Positions 48,357 through 58,311 of a DNA stretch of 64,000 nt are shown one piece after another. Each line of letters opens with the position of its first letter. The first letter of the stretch is position 1. The notes beneath the pieces were generated by a model, which was not told the DNA's origin, made no database searches, and saw nothing but the letters and a program-made list of their open reading frames with translations. Source of the DNA: Turneriella sp. (GTDB lineage: Bacteria > Spirochaetota > Leptospiria > Turneriellales > Turneriellaceae). The stretch spans positions 2,912,001 through 2,976,000 of the forward strand of contig CBDIID010000003.1 in NCBI GenBank assembly GCA_965279515.1, written 5' to 3'. The translations under genes and the position numbers were made by a program.

Positions 48357-49295
48357 TTACCGGGAAAGGAAGTCGCTGATACGCTGCTCGTATTCCTGCG
48401 GGTTTGCATCCCAGATGGCACCGTGGCCGCCATATTCGGGCAACCAAACGCTCTTCTCGCCCCGGTACAAAGCCGCGAGATCCACAGAGTGCTGCCATGG
48501 CACAACCTGATCGGCTTTGCTATGGATCAGGAGCACGGGCGCGGCAGTGGTTTGGGCAAGGACTTCGGCTGCGCTCGGCAACCCGCTAAATTTTCCCCGC
48601 CATAGGGTCAGACCTATGAGCCGCGCCGTGAACCACTCTGGTATACCTTTTGGGGCTGCCGGTGTTTCGCGTATGAGGCGTGCGAAGTTATAGGGTGGAT
48701 TTTCCGCAATGACTGCTGCAATACCTTTCATCGCATGCATAGCGATCAGCACGGCTGCTGCACCGACAGAAGAACCCATGGCATAGATCTTGTCATATTT
48801 TTTTCTCAGAAATGCATGCGCGGCTAGCACGTCGTCCGATTCACGTTCGCCATAGGTTAAGCCTGGGTTTGGGCACGGCGCTTCGCCGTGGCAGGAAAAA
48901 TCAAAGGTGAGCACGTCGAGTTTTTGCCGTAGATAAAACCGGATAAACCGCGTCATTTCGCGCCGGTCTGATCCCCCGCCATGCACGAGCAGAATCGCCC
49001 CGCGTGCCGGGCCGAATGCATTGTCCTGCGAACGCACCAGCCAGCCCGGTAACGGTTGCCGGCCGAAAACATCTATGGTTACTTCTTCAAAGTGGAGATC
49101 CCCCGACTGCCTCAGGTTGCCGCAGTTTTTGCCCCAGTAGCGCTCCGCCTCTGCGGGGCAGAGGCGAAGGTCTTTCGAAATACCGCGCCAGACCGGAAAG
49201 AGCAGCTGCCCGCTCGCAGTCCAGAGCATGACGCCACCCAACGTGAAGACTAAAACGACGAAGGCTGCCAGCGACCATACCAGTTTGCGCTTCAT
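48357..49295 (-). CDS. Membrane-anchored alpha/beta hydrolase
   Basis: N-terminal TM helix, VHGG, GSSVG nucleophile, HSKAD, GGH. Confidence 0.82.
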   Translation of the reverse strand: MKRKLVWSLAAFVVLVFTLGGVMLWTASGQLLFPVWRGISKDLRLCPAEAERYWGKNCGNLRQSGDLHFEEVTIDVFGRQPLPGWLVRSQDNAFGPARGAILLVHGGGSDRREMTRFIRFYLRQKLDVLTFDFSCHGEAPCPNPGLTYGERESDDVLAAHAFLRKKYDKIYAMGSSVGAAAVLIAMHAMKGIAAVIAENPPYNFARLIRETPAAPKGIPEWFTARLIGLTLWRGKFSGLPSAAEVLAQTTAAPVLLIHSKADQVVPWQHSVDLAALYRGEKSVWLPEYGGHGAIWDANPQEYEQRISDFLSR

Positions 49296-49699
49296 GCGTT
49301 CGGCTCCGGGGCAGAATATTTCAGCACGGGCCTGATTTCGATGGGGATGTTCGCCGGTGCGCCGCCGCGGCCAGGCAGCGCCGAAATCAGTGCGGCAATT
49401 TCCGCGGCGCGCTCCGGTGTCTCGACGTCGACAATCCAGAACCCAGCAAGAAACTCTTTCGACTCGGGAAAAGGGCCGTCGGTCACCACGGGCCTGCCCT
49501 GCGAGTCGGCGCGGATAGACTTTATCGTTTCAGGGCCGCCCAGCCCTTCGGTCTGGACCATTTCGCCGTTCTTCATGAGCTCATTGTTGAGGGCGATCAG
49601 ATAGTCGCGGTTCTTTTGGATATCCTCACTTTTCCAGGTGGTGATATTGCCCTCTTTCCAGCCCTTAACCCCGAACTGCATCATCAGTATGTACTTCAT
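49292..49699 (-). CDS. YciI/DGPF domain protein
   Basis: VTDGPFPESKEFLAGFWIVD; AGGAG RBS. Confidence 0.92.
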   Translation of the reverse strand: MKYILMMQFGVKGWKEGNITTWKSEDIQKNRDYLIALNNELMKNGEMVQTEGLGGPETIKSIRADSQGRPVVTDGPFPESKEFLAGFWIVDVETPERAAEIAALISALPGRGGAPANIPIEIRPVLKYSAPEPNA

Positions 49700-49741
49700 A
49701 ATTCTCCTTAAGCCGGCACCGGTTTGGCGCGGCTACTGACA

Positions 49742-49768
49742 GTCGGAGCAGGCAGCAGATTCTCGACA
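49742..49768 (-). promoter_or_regulatory. ECF42-type promoter
   Basis: - strand TGTCGA-N17-CGAC upstream of the DGPF gene, matching the reported ECF42 -35 TGTCGA / -10 CG(A/T)C. Confidence 0.7.
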
Positions 49769-49816
49769 CGGCCAAAGATTTTTTTTCGGAATCGGATGTC
49801 TCAAGGAAAATCGCCG

Positions 49817-50176
49817 TCAGTAACTCTTACCGTCAAAAGCTTCCATGCGAATATTTTCGAGACTCACATTGTCGACGCAACGCACATTAACCGCGGCCAT
49901 GGGCGAGCCGTCGGGCATCTGCCCGTAGGCGAAGGGCAGAATGCCGCAGGTCTTGCAGAACTGGTGCGCAATCACATGTTTGTTGAATTTGTACTCCGTA
50001 AGATTGTCTGCGCCGCGCAGCAGCTCGAACTTACCACGCGGGATAAATTCGAGGGCTGAACCGCGCTTGAGGCACATCGAACAATTGCACGTAGTGGCGC
50101 TCCCGAGGCTGAGCTCCGCAGAAAAACGTACGGCGCCGCAATGGCAGCCGCCTTCGTGGCGCGTCGTCACACCCAT
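49817..50176 (-). CDS. GFA/CENP-V family protein
   Basis: GGCHCGAVRF, CNCSMC, FCKTCG. Confidence 0.92.
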   Translation of the reverse strand: MGVTTRHEGGCHCGAVRFSAELSLGSATTCNCSMCLKRGSALEFIPRGKFELLRGADNLTEYKFNKHVIAHQFCKTCGILPFAYGQMPDGSPMAAVNVRCVDNVSLENIRMEAFDGKSY

Positions 50177-50254
50177 CCGCCGTGCGCCGCAACAACAACG
50201 GCTTTAAGATGAATTGGTAACATTAGATTCTCCTTGATGAATTTATGGACACTT

Positions 50255-50274
50255 AACATACTAATAAGTATGTT
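50255..50274. promoter_or_regulatory. TetR operator
   Basis: AACATACT-AATA-AGTATGTT perfect 8-4-8 palindrome between divergent GFA and tetR genes. Confidence 0.7.
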
Positions 50275-50341
50275 GTAAACAACTTCAAATGAATCGCTTT
50301 TCGGATTGTAGTACTGAACGCGAGAGGGCATAGGACTCCAG

Positions 50342-50989
50342 GTGAAAGCTTCGACTAAAATCACGGGAAAATCCGCCGCTGCACGCAAACCCAAAGAACG
50401 CAACCTCGAAGCCACCCGGCAGCGGATTCTCGGGGTTGCTTTTGAAACCTTCTTTAAACAGGGTTTTCAGGGAACCAGCATGGACGACCTCGTGCGCAAA
50501 ACCTCGCTGACGAAAGGGGCGTTCTACCACCAGTTTGCCACCAAGTATGAGCTCGGCTATGCGGTTGTGGATGAAATTTTAACCGAGCTGATTCTTAACC
50601 GCTGGATTCGGCCGCTGGCGGGTTTTGCAGATCCGGTCGAAGGTATACTCAAACTCATGCAGCAAAACATCGGCGATACGCCGCCCGAGCTTTTGCGCTA
50701 CGGTTGCCCGCTCAATAATATGGTACAGGAGATGGCGCCGGTCGATAAGGGGTTTAACCGCCGGCTGCAAGCGGCGCTCGATTTATGGGTGAGCGGCCTG
50801 GACGAACACCTGAAACGCGGTCAGCAAAGCGGATTGATCCGCCGCAACGTTAATACGCTCGAGGCTGCATATTTTATCGTCATGGCTCACGAAGGTTTTT
50901 ACGGATTCATCAAGGGGCTGAATAATCCCAACGCGTTCGCAGTTCTCATCGCCTCGTTGCAAAATTATTTTAAATCGCTCAGGCCTTAG
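50342..50989 (+). CDS. TetR family regulator
   Basis: GFQGTSMDD...LTKGAFYHQF and GCPLNN. Confidence 0.9.
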   Translation: MKASTKITGKSAAARKPKERNLEATRQRILGVAFETFFKQGFQGTSMDDLVRKTSLTKGAFYHQFATKYELGYAVVDEILTELILNRWIRPLAGFADPVEGILKLMQQNIGDTPPELLRYGCPLNNMVQEMAPVDKGFNRRLQAALDLWVSGLDEHLKRGQQSGLIRRNVNTLEAAYFIVMAHEGFYGFIKGLNNPNAFAVLIASLQNYFKSLRP

Positions 50990-52370
50990 CCACCAGCTTT
51001 GCACCGTTTTTCACGCGCGCGTAGATGTCTTTGAAATCACCGTTGGGTACTCGGCCCAAACCACTGACAGAATATTTCGGTTTCAGCCCGCGCAAAAAGT
51101 ACATCTCAATCTCTCCTTTGTTTTTGGCATAGACCTTTCCGCGGTATTCGCACTCGAACAGAAAGCGGATGCGCTCGTGCATCTCCTGCGAAATATTGAT
51201 GGCGCCGGGCTCTCCGGAAGATTCCATGCGGCTGGCGGTATTGACCGTATCGCCCCAGACGTCATAGGCGAATTTCTTTTCACCGACCACACCCGCAACC
51301 AGCGGCCCCGTATGCATACCAAGGCGTAGCTCCCAATACGGGAGGCCCCGCTGTTCTTTGATCTCTTTCATCTGGTTCATGAACGACTGAATTTCGAGGG
51401 CCGCGAGCGCGCAATCGATCGGGTGCGTATGGTTCTCGGTGGGGATGCCCCCCGCGGCCATATAAGCGTCGCCGATGGTCTTCAGTTTTTCGAGGCCATA
51501 CTTCTCGGCGACGCTGTCGAAATAGCTGAAGCACTTATCGAGTTCGCTGACGAGTTCAACCGCACTCAGGTTTTCGGCGATACGCGTGAAGCCGACAAAG
51601 TCCGTAAACAGCACGGTGGTGGATGCATATTCGCGGGGCGTGGTGCGGCCCGTGGCCTTGAGTTCTTCTGACACTTGCAGGGGTAAAATATTCAACAGCA
51701 GCTTTTCGGATTCGGCATGGGCAACCTGCAGCGCGGCTTCCGATTTATCGGACTCGGAAGCGATATAAGAACTGATGAGAAAGACAAGTCCCGCGCCGCC
51801 AAAAATAATGGCCACCATCAGGGGGGGTACAGACCACGCGGGTGTAGCCGCCCAGGCGGCATGGTGCTCGTGCCATTGCAGCGCGCCTATAGCGGCGCCA
51901 GATGTGGCCAGAAAAAGCAGCGGCTTTACAAACCGATCATAGCTGCGCCGGTCTGGGATCACCGGCAACAGCGAGCATAAGGCAATCAAAAAAACCACGG
52001 CGTATGTGCGCAGCGGGAACATAAACACCAGGGCGGTTGTCATGAGCATGGTCGCGCCATAGGCAGTGTATTCAATCACGCTCGAGCGCTGCAGTGAAAT
52101 AAAAAGGGGATTATTCCGGCGGCGCTGCCAGAGAATAAACACCATGAAAAATCCCACACTCCACACCGTAGGCAGATAATAAAACCCCAACCAGAGTACT
52201 TGCAGCTCGCCTTTGATGACGGCCGCGATACTCATCGTCACGACCATCGTCGTCGTTACGAAAAAATTATAAAATACGGCGATCGCCAGGGCGCGGTTGA
52301 TAGAATTTCCCGCTTGCGGGCGGTTCCCTTGAATTCCTGGGAAACCCCGTACAAAGATACGGTGTTCCAC
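50979..52370 (-). CDS. Membrane-bound class III adenylate/guanylate cyclase
   Basis: LLLNILP, VLFTDFVGFT, KTIGDAYM, GMHTG, KFAYDVWGDTVNTASRMES; K/D specificity residues point to ATP. Confidence 0.93.
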   Translation of the reverse strand: MEHRIFVRGFPGIQGNRPQAGNSINRALAIAVFYNFFVTTTMVVTMSIAAVIKGELQVLWLGFYYLPTVWSVGFFMVFILWQRRRNNPLFISLQRSSVIEYTAYGATMLMTTALVFMFPLRTYAVVFLIALCSLLPVIPDRRSYDRFVKPLLFLATSGAAIGALQWHEHHAAWAATPAWSVPPLMVAIIFGGAGLVFLISSYIASESDKSEAALQVAHAESEKLLLNILPLQVSEELKATGRTTPREYASTTVLFTDFVGFTRIAENLSAVELVSELDKCFSYFDSVAEKYGLEKLKTIGDAYMAAGGIPTENHTHPIDCALAALEIQSFMNQMKEIKEQRGLPYWELRLGMHTGPLVAGVVGEKKFAYDVWGDTVNTASRMESSGEPGAINISQEMHERIRFLFECEYRGKVYAKNKGEIEMYFLRGLKPKYSVSGLGRVPNGDFKDIYARVKNGAKLVAKA

Positions 52371-52594
52371 AAATGCAGTGCTTTGCCGATCAGGTCTGCT
52401 GCGAAAGAAGTTACCGGGCGAAGCGCTTTGTGGAAAAATTGCATCTGTTAAATCCGTTCGGGAGGGCGAGTACTTCTTTCACGGATCGCCCTCCGACTAC
52501 AAGAACGAATTAACTTGGGTAACTATGGCCCGACGTATTTGTTGTTCTTAAACTGGCCTTTGACGACCTTGCCGTTGGCGTTGTCGACCCCGCG

Positions 52595-53686
52595 CTAGGC
52601 GGATTTTCCGCCCTGCCGGCGGCGGAATTCGCTGGGCGTCACGGTTTTGAGCTGTGTGAAGACCCTATTGAATACCGACTTGGAATTGAAGCCGACGGAG
52701 AAGGCCACATCGAGAATGTTTTTTTCAGGTTCCGCGATCAGGGTCTGACAGGCCGCTTCGATGCGGTACTCGTTGATGAACTGGTAAAAATTTTTACCGA
52801 GGCCTTTATTGATGGCTTCCGACTGCTGGACTGCCATCTGCATGGCCGAGGCGAGCTGAACGAGCGTGAGATTTTCATCGCGGTAGAGATGTTTTTCCCG
52901 CATGAGGACATCCAACTGTTTGAGAGTGCCATCGAGGTTCAGGCCACCTAACCGCGATTTTTCGTACTTGATGCGTTCGGCTTCAATGCGCGAGACATTG
53001 AGGTAGCGCTCATAGCGCAGGCCGGTCAGAAACAGAAAGCAGAGCACAACGGTGACCGTGACCGCGCTGGTTTTGACGAGATCGGGCGAGGGAGTCAGTA
53101 CACCCCACAAGCATAGGGTTGTGTTGGCGATATTGGCGGCGATGAAAACAAACGCCAGCCACTCCGTGATGCGCGAATCTTTGCGGCCCGCATAAATGGT
53201 GCGTGCGGCAGCGATGAGCGTCAGTAACAGGTAGAGAATGATCGAGACCAGCGCCATCAATACCATGATCTGCACGGGGGCGGCGGTGAGCGGGCCGCAA
53301 AGTGTGACAAGGCCTGCGAGAAAATCTGATTTGCATTCGAGCCGTTGCAGGTAAAACGGTGACAGGTAGATGAGTGCCGAGATGGCCGGCAGCGCATGCA
53401 CGAGGGCTATCCACTCAAGTTTGATTTCATGCTGCATCAGCTGGCGGAAATAATAATAGAGCAATGGCCCCGTTAAGAAAAGCAACGGCAGGTTGAAGAA
53501 GGTATAAAAAGCAAAATCTGTTTTCAGTTCGGAAAACAGCAGCGCCGTGTGGAATTGCCAGCCCGCGGTGCAGAAGAGCAGCGCGCCCAGCAGGTAATTG
53601 CGCGCCTTCTTGTGGCGCAGCATGAGCTGGCCGATGCTTAGCAGCAGGGCAAAAAGCGCGCCGAAAAAGATCAAGACAACCGCCAT
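52595..53686 (-). CDS. AraC family regulator with N-terminal membrane domain
   Basis: Multiple TM helices; NFYQFINEYRI...VGFNSKSVFNRVF...TPSEFR. Confidence 0.9.
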   Translation of the reverse strand: MAVVLIFFGALFALLLSIGQLMLRHKKARNYLLGALLFCTAGWQFHTALLFSELKTDFAFYTFFNLPLLFLTGPLLYYYFRQLMQHEIKLEWIALVHALPAISALIYLSPFYLQRLECKSDFLAGLVTLCGPLTAAPVQIMVLMALVSIILYLLLTLIAAARTIYAGRKDSRITEWLAFVFIAANIANTTLCLWGVLTPSPDLVKTSAVTVTVVLCFLFLTGLRYERYLNVSRIEAERIKYEKSRLGGLNLDGTLKQLDVLMREKHLYRDENLTLVQLASAMQMAVQQSEAINKGLGKNFYQFINEYRIEAACQTLIAEPEKNILDVAFSVGFNSKSVFNRVFTQLKTVTPSEFRRRQGGKSA

Positions 53687-53758
53687 CGGGGGTCATACTG
53701 CCAATGTGTTTCCCAAGGTAAATTATTGCCGCAGCGGCACGCGATTCATGAGTAGTTT

Positions 53759-54478
53759 GTGCCCCGGTCGCCGCGCCTTATCCTCTTCGTTTTCAGCTGC
53801 GTGTTATTGCCCGGATGCAGAACCGGATCGAACTATGAAAAGCTGAAACAGCCGAAAACCGTCGCGGCCGAAACCCCGGCGTCGACAGGCCCGGCCACGC
53901 GCCCATTTCTTATCCGACCCTTTACCTTTGCTGAGATCGGCGACCGCACCGAGATGTTTCGCAAGGCATTCGTCGTACCCGGTTATAAGGGCATCGATTT
54001 CGATACCTATGGCCGCATGGATCCGGCGGATCAAAAAACCGGGATGAAGACGATCTACTCGCTGCCCGAGGTGCATAAGCTCTTCGCCGCTGAACTGACC
54101 CGCCTTGAGATCCCCACCGTTGTCAATGTCGAGATTCCGCCTGATAAGGGGGGAGTGCTGGATGTGCGCATTCTGGGCTCTGAGTCAAGCCTCAGGATGC
54201 ACACGTATGGATGCTGGCCCATCGTCGGTACCGTGGTCTATCTCTTCAATGCCGATATTTACACCGTCGTGACGAAGACCCGGCTGGAATATAAGATCAC
54301 GGGAATGGCGGCAAAGGAGCCGTCAGGCACTTTGGAAATCTACTCGGAAAAGGATTTCAGCTTTTGGGGATCTTACATGGGGTTCGACATCTATGAAAGC
54401 TTTGAAGAGGCGCAGGCAGGGCATATCAAGGACATTGCGGCACGCCTGGCGCGCACGTTGGCTGCCGGCGCGTTTTGA
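53759..54478 (+). CDS. Hypothetical lipoprotein
   Basis: LLPGC lipobox. Confidence 0.6.
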   Translation: MPRSPRLILFVFSCVLLPGCRTGSNYEKLKQPKTVAAETPASTGPATRPFLIRPFTFAEIGDRTEMFRKAFVVPGYKGIDFDTYGRMDPADQKTGMKTIYSLPEVHKLFAAELTRLEIPTVVNVEIPPDKGGVLDVRILGSESSLRMHTYGCWPIVGTVVYLFNADIYTVVTKTRLEYKITGMAAKEPSGTLEIYSEKDFSFWGSYMGFDIYESFEEAQAGHIKDIAARLARTLAAGAF

Positions 54479-54480
54479 GA

Positions 54481-55017
54481 TTACCAATAACTCTCTATGT
54501 CGAAGTTTTCGCAGGTTAGATTGCGGTAAAATGGCCGCGAGCCACCGTTTACGGCGAAGATTTGAATAGTTTCGACGAAGCGAATGCCTTCCCAGGTTAA
54601 ATGAGCGTTTGAAACGAAGCGAGAGTTCCGTTTTTCCATAGCCAGCGTCTGGAGATACAGTTCTATCGCCAGTCGAACAAAGGCAGTGATTGTCAAACCC
54701 AGTTCCATTGCCGCAAGACGGATGATCTTTTCATCATCGCCATAAAGACACATCGTATGGCGATGGATATCTTGTGCCCTCGCTAAACCGTCTTTGACGC
54801 CTACCGCCACGTGCCGCAGTTTAGGATTCCAGCGCAGCGAGCACTTGCGCGCCAGCCGCAAAACACAGTAGCGGGTTATGGTCGAGTAAGTGCGGCGTCG
54901 TTGCCAGGCTGCCAGCTTAATTCTGTTCCAATGGATCGGCGCCAGGCGGATCTCCAAAAGATGTGTAATCTGGATAGGCTTGCCTTCAAGAAACCGGGGT
55001 TGTTTTCTGCATTGCAT
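54481..55017 (-). CDS. Hypothetical basic protein, ribbon-helix-helix/DUF1564-like
   Basis: RRTYSTITRYCV and LGLTITAFVRLAIELYL RHH-like helices; ATG 55017 preferred. Confidence 0.55.
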   Translation of the reverse strand: MQCRKQPRFLEGKPIQITHLLEIRLAPIHWNRIKLAAWQRRRTYSTITRYCVLRLARKCSLRWNPKLRHVAVGVKDGLARAQDIHRHTMCLYGDDEKIIRLAAMELGLTITAFVRLAIELYLQTLAMEKRNSRFVSNAHLTWEGIRFVETIQIFAVNGGSRPFYRNLTCENFDIESYW

Positions 55018-55064
55018 GGTGCATCCTACAGAAGAAATACCCGCAAAGTGCGTTTTTTTCTCAC
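55015..55064 (-). promoter_or_regulatory. Conserved upstream motif, copy 2
   Basis: GTGAGAAAA-N13-GGGTATTTCT-N3-GTAGGATGCACCAT. Confidence 0.6.
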
Positions 55065-55154
55065 CCACTCCTGGAAATCCTTCAAAAAGCGCGCCCATTG
55101 CCTCTTTAGAAAAAGGCTTGTAAACGCACATGCGACATAATAATGTGACATAAT

Positions 55155-58100
55155 ATGCTCGAGTACGCCCTACCGGTGGCGGCATCAGTGTTCTTTACGC
55201 TGTTCCTGCGCCGGCTCGACAAATCAAACGTTAACCTCAAAAAAATCAAGGCAATCGCTGAAAGGGCGGAGCGCGAGCTCTCTGACCTGACGCTCAAGAA
55301 AAAAGAAGAACTCAAAGACGCGACGATCCGTTTCGATTCGATTCTTATCAATGCGGATAAATATCTCGGTGCGCTGACCGAAAAACTCGAGCAGGCGAAG
55401 GCTGACCTGTCTTCTGTCGAAAACACGCGCCAGAATCTGCGTGTCATGGATTCAGAGCTGCAGTCGCTCGACAATACCACGCGCTCGGTCAAGGACCAGC
55501 TGAAGTTTATCAACGAATCGCTCGATAAAATTGACCAGCAGCAGAAGCGCATCAAGAAGCTGCAAGACCATGTGAAACAGGTCGACGATGAAGCGGCGAA
55601 TATGATCGACGCTTTCCAGGCCGCGCTCAAAGACAAGTCGGGTGAAATATTAACCGTCCTCGAAAAGAAGTTTGAAGAAGTCACGAATGAGACGCTCAAG
55701 ATGCAGGGCGATCTGCGCGACGACCTCATGGCGCGCCATACCGACCTCAAAGGCGAAGTCGAAGCGAGTTACGAGCAGCTCGAAATCGATCTCAAGAAGA
55801 GCGCGCAGGATTTAACGCAGAATATCGAAGCCCGTATCCATACGCAGATTCAGGCCGTGGGTGATTTGCAGGAACGCATCTTCTCTGCGGAGAAAAATCT
55901 CGAGGTTACAGTCCCTGACATGATCCGCGATATCAAGAACGATATTCTGCGCGATATGCAGGATCAGGCGCAGAAGCTGGAAACGCTGAAACTGAGCCTT
56001 TCGGGCACCGAAGACACGATGCGCAAGAAGCTGCAGGCTTTCCGCGAAGAGCTCGAGCAGCAGCGTTCGCTCTTATTCCATGAGATTGCGACAGAAGCTG
56101 AGCGCATCCGCGATCAGATCTCGAACCTCGACCTCGACGCCCTGGCGAAGAAAGACGAAATCATCAAATCCGCGCGTGGCGAAGCGCTGAAGATTCAGAA
56201 AAACATCGAAGAATTCAACGATCAGTACGCGCGTGCGCGCGAAACCCTGTTTCAGGAAGCGTCACGCCGTGAAAGCGACCTGTCGCACAAGCTCGACGAG
56301 ATCGAGAACCTCAATAAAAATATCAGCGCGAATCTCGCAACCAGCCGGTCGCGCGGCCTCGAAGAAATACAGGGCGAGCTGCAAAAGGCGCTCAGCGAAA
56401 TCAAAACAGCTTCGCGCGAACTGTTCAGTGATATTGAAGAAGACATTTTGCGCGAATCGAGCATGCTGCGCGAGAAGCTAAGCTCAGTTCAGGCCGAAGT
56501 CACCGACATCGTACAGAAGACCGAAGAGCGCTGCGAAAATCTCGAGGCGAAAGTCGCCGATATTTCCGTGAATACCGAAAAAGAATTCGCGAGCTACCTT
56601 AAAGAACTTAAAAAGGCCGCCGAAAAAGGGCTGGAATCTTACAAAGAAGAACTCACCGAGCGCGAACGCCAGTTCATGCAGGGGATTACCAGCCTCGACA
56701 AGAGTTTGCGCGACAAGATCGCTGACGCCGACCGCCACTTCGAGAGCGCACAGGCCCGCCTCGAAGAGATCGTTAAAGACGCCCGAAATGCTCTCCATAA
56801 AAACACCATGGAGATCGAGAAGAGCCGTGCCGAGATGATGCGCGATATGGACAGCGAACTCGGCGACGCGGTGCAGCGTTTCCGCACACGCATTGAAGAG
56901 AAAGAAAACGAGTTTAGCGCAAAACTCGAGAATAACGTCGCGCGCTTTTTTGATATGAAGAAGGGGCTCGAATCCACCCAGGAAACCCTGATCGAGAACC
57001 TGCAGTCGGAAAAACGCCGTATTGAAAATGAAATCCGCCAGACCAATGACCAGCAGCTGAAACTCTTTGACCAGGAGCTCAGCGAACGCGAAAACCGTTA
57101 CCGTGGCCAGCTGACATCGCTCTCTTCTGAATCGGTCAGCGACTTCCGCGGTAAAGTTTCTGAGCTCATGGACCGCCTGATGGAAATGAAGTCCGAGACA
57201 TCATCCACCTTCAACGAGTTCCAGGAGAACCAGCAGGAAGTCTATGCCGCGATCGTCGAAGAGACACGCACCACAGGGCAGGAAATCCGCGAGCTAAAAG
57301 AGTCGCTGCGTGAGCTGAAAGCTGAGGGGATCAGCGTCGAGAAGAACCGCCAGGCCACCGAAAGCCTGCGTACACTCATTCGCGAACTGTCGCAGAAGAT
57401 CGAACAGGCCGAGAGCAAAAACCAGGCGATCGGCGAAGTCTACCAGCGCGTCGAAGAGATGAAAGAGATGCGCACGAAGCTCGAAACGGAGCTTTTAATG
57501 CTCAAAGACAAGCGCGACAAGGTCGATCGCCTTGAAGAAAGTATCAACTTCGTGCTCGGTATGCAGAACGAGATCGAGGCGAAATCGGTATCGCTGAAAA
57601 AACTGCAGACTAACCTCGACGAATTCTCGGCGCATTATGTAAAACTCGAAGAAGAACGCCGCAAAGCCGATGTTCTCATGCAGAACCTCATCGATGAAAA
57701 CCGCCTGATCCAGAAAACAATTGATAAAATCGAAGCGCAAGACAGGCATATCGATACGCTCAACGACGGTATCACGCAACTCAACGGTTTCTTCCAGCGC
57801 GTTGAGCAGCGTTCGCACCTGTTGAAAGAACAGCTCGATACTATCACCGACCAGATGGTCGGGTTGCATAAGAATGAGAAAGAGCTGCAGTCGATTCAGG
57901 GCCGTTTCATGGAGATCGAAGATCTCATGGCCGATATCGACAAGAAGAAGACGCAGATTATTTCTTTCAACAAACAATTCGAAGAGCTCAGAAAATCCAT
58001 GTCTACGAGTGTGCAGCAGATCGAGAAGATCGAACAGAATGCAGAATCGAAAGTGCGCCAGCTCTCTGAATTTATGAAGGCCATGGACGACGACCGTTCA

Positions 58101-58262
58101 AGCAAAGTGACATTGACGAAGACGCTTTCGCCTTCAGGCGTCGGCGACAAGAAAGAGATGGTACGCAAACTCTCGACCTTCGGCTGGACCGCGGAAGAGA
58201 TCGCGCAGCGCGTGAATCTTGATATCCACACTATCGAGACGATTCTTTCGTTACCGGCATAA
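55155..58262 (+). CDS. SpiroCoCo-like long coiled-coil protein
   Basis: N-terminal TM followed by RRLDKSN, ~950 aa of heptads and a C-terminal HTH-like GWTAEEIAQRVNL. Confidence 0.75.
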   Translation: MLEYALPVAASVFFTLFLRRLDKSNVNLKKIKAIAERAERELSDLTLKKKEELKDATIRFDSILINADKYLGALTEKLEQAKADLSSVENTRQNLRVMDSELQSLDNTTRSVKDQLKFINESLDKIDQQQKRIKKLQDHVKQVDDEAANMIDAFQAALKDKSGEILTVLEKKFEEVTNETLKMQGDLRDDLMARHTDLKGEVEASYEQLEIDLKKSAQDLTQNIEARIHTQIQAVGDLQERIFSAEKNLEVTVPDMIRDIKNDILRDMQDQAQKLETLKLSLSGTEDTMRKKLQAFREELEQQRSLLFHEIATEAERIRDQISNLDLDALAKKDEIIKSARGEALKIQKNIEEFNDQYARARETLFQEASRRESDLSHKLDEIENLNKNISANLATSRSRGLEEIQGELQKALSEIKTASRELFSDIEEDILRESSMLREKLSSVQAEVTDIVQKTEERCENLEAKVADISVNTEKEFASYLKELKKAAEKGLESYKEELTERERQFMQGITSLDKSLRDKIADADRHFESAQARLEEIVKDARNALHKNTMEIEKSRAEMMRDMDSELGDAVQRFRTRIEEKENEFSAKLENNVARFFDMKKGLESTQETLIENLQSEKRRIENEIRQTNDQQLKLFDQELSERENRYRGQLTSLSSESVSDFRGKVSELMDRLMEMKSETSSTFNEFQENQQEVYAAIVEETRTTGQEIRELKESLRELKAEGISVEKNRQATESLRTLIRELSQKIEQAESKNQAIGEVYQRVEEMKEMRTKLETELLMLKDKRDKVDRLEESINFVLGMQNEIEAKSVSLKKLQTNLDEFSAHYVKLEEERRKADVLMQNLIDENRLIQKTIDKIEAQDRHIDTLNDGITQLNGFFQRVEQRSHLLKEQLDTITDQMVGLHKNEKELQSIQGRFMEIEDLMADIDKKKTQIISFNKQFEELRKSMSTSVQQIEKIEQNAESKVRQLSEFMKAMDDDRSSKVTLTKTLSPSGVGDKKEMVRKLSTFGWTAEEIAQRVNLDIHTIETILSLPA

Positions 58263-58311
58263 TCTGGTTGTCGGGCAAAGTGATTTGTGAAACAAATCAC
58301 GGGGTCGGGAT

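Noticed and set aside
55155..58262. Phage tape-measure protein or SMC
   Set aside because: No Walker motifs or phage context; fits a spirochaetal membrane-anchored coiled-coil protein.
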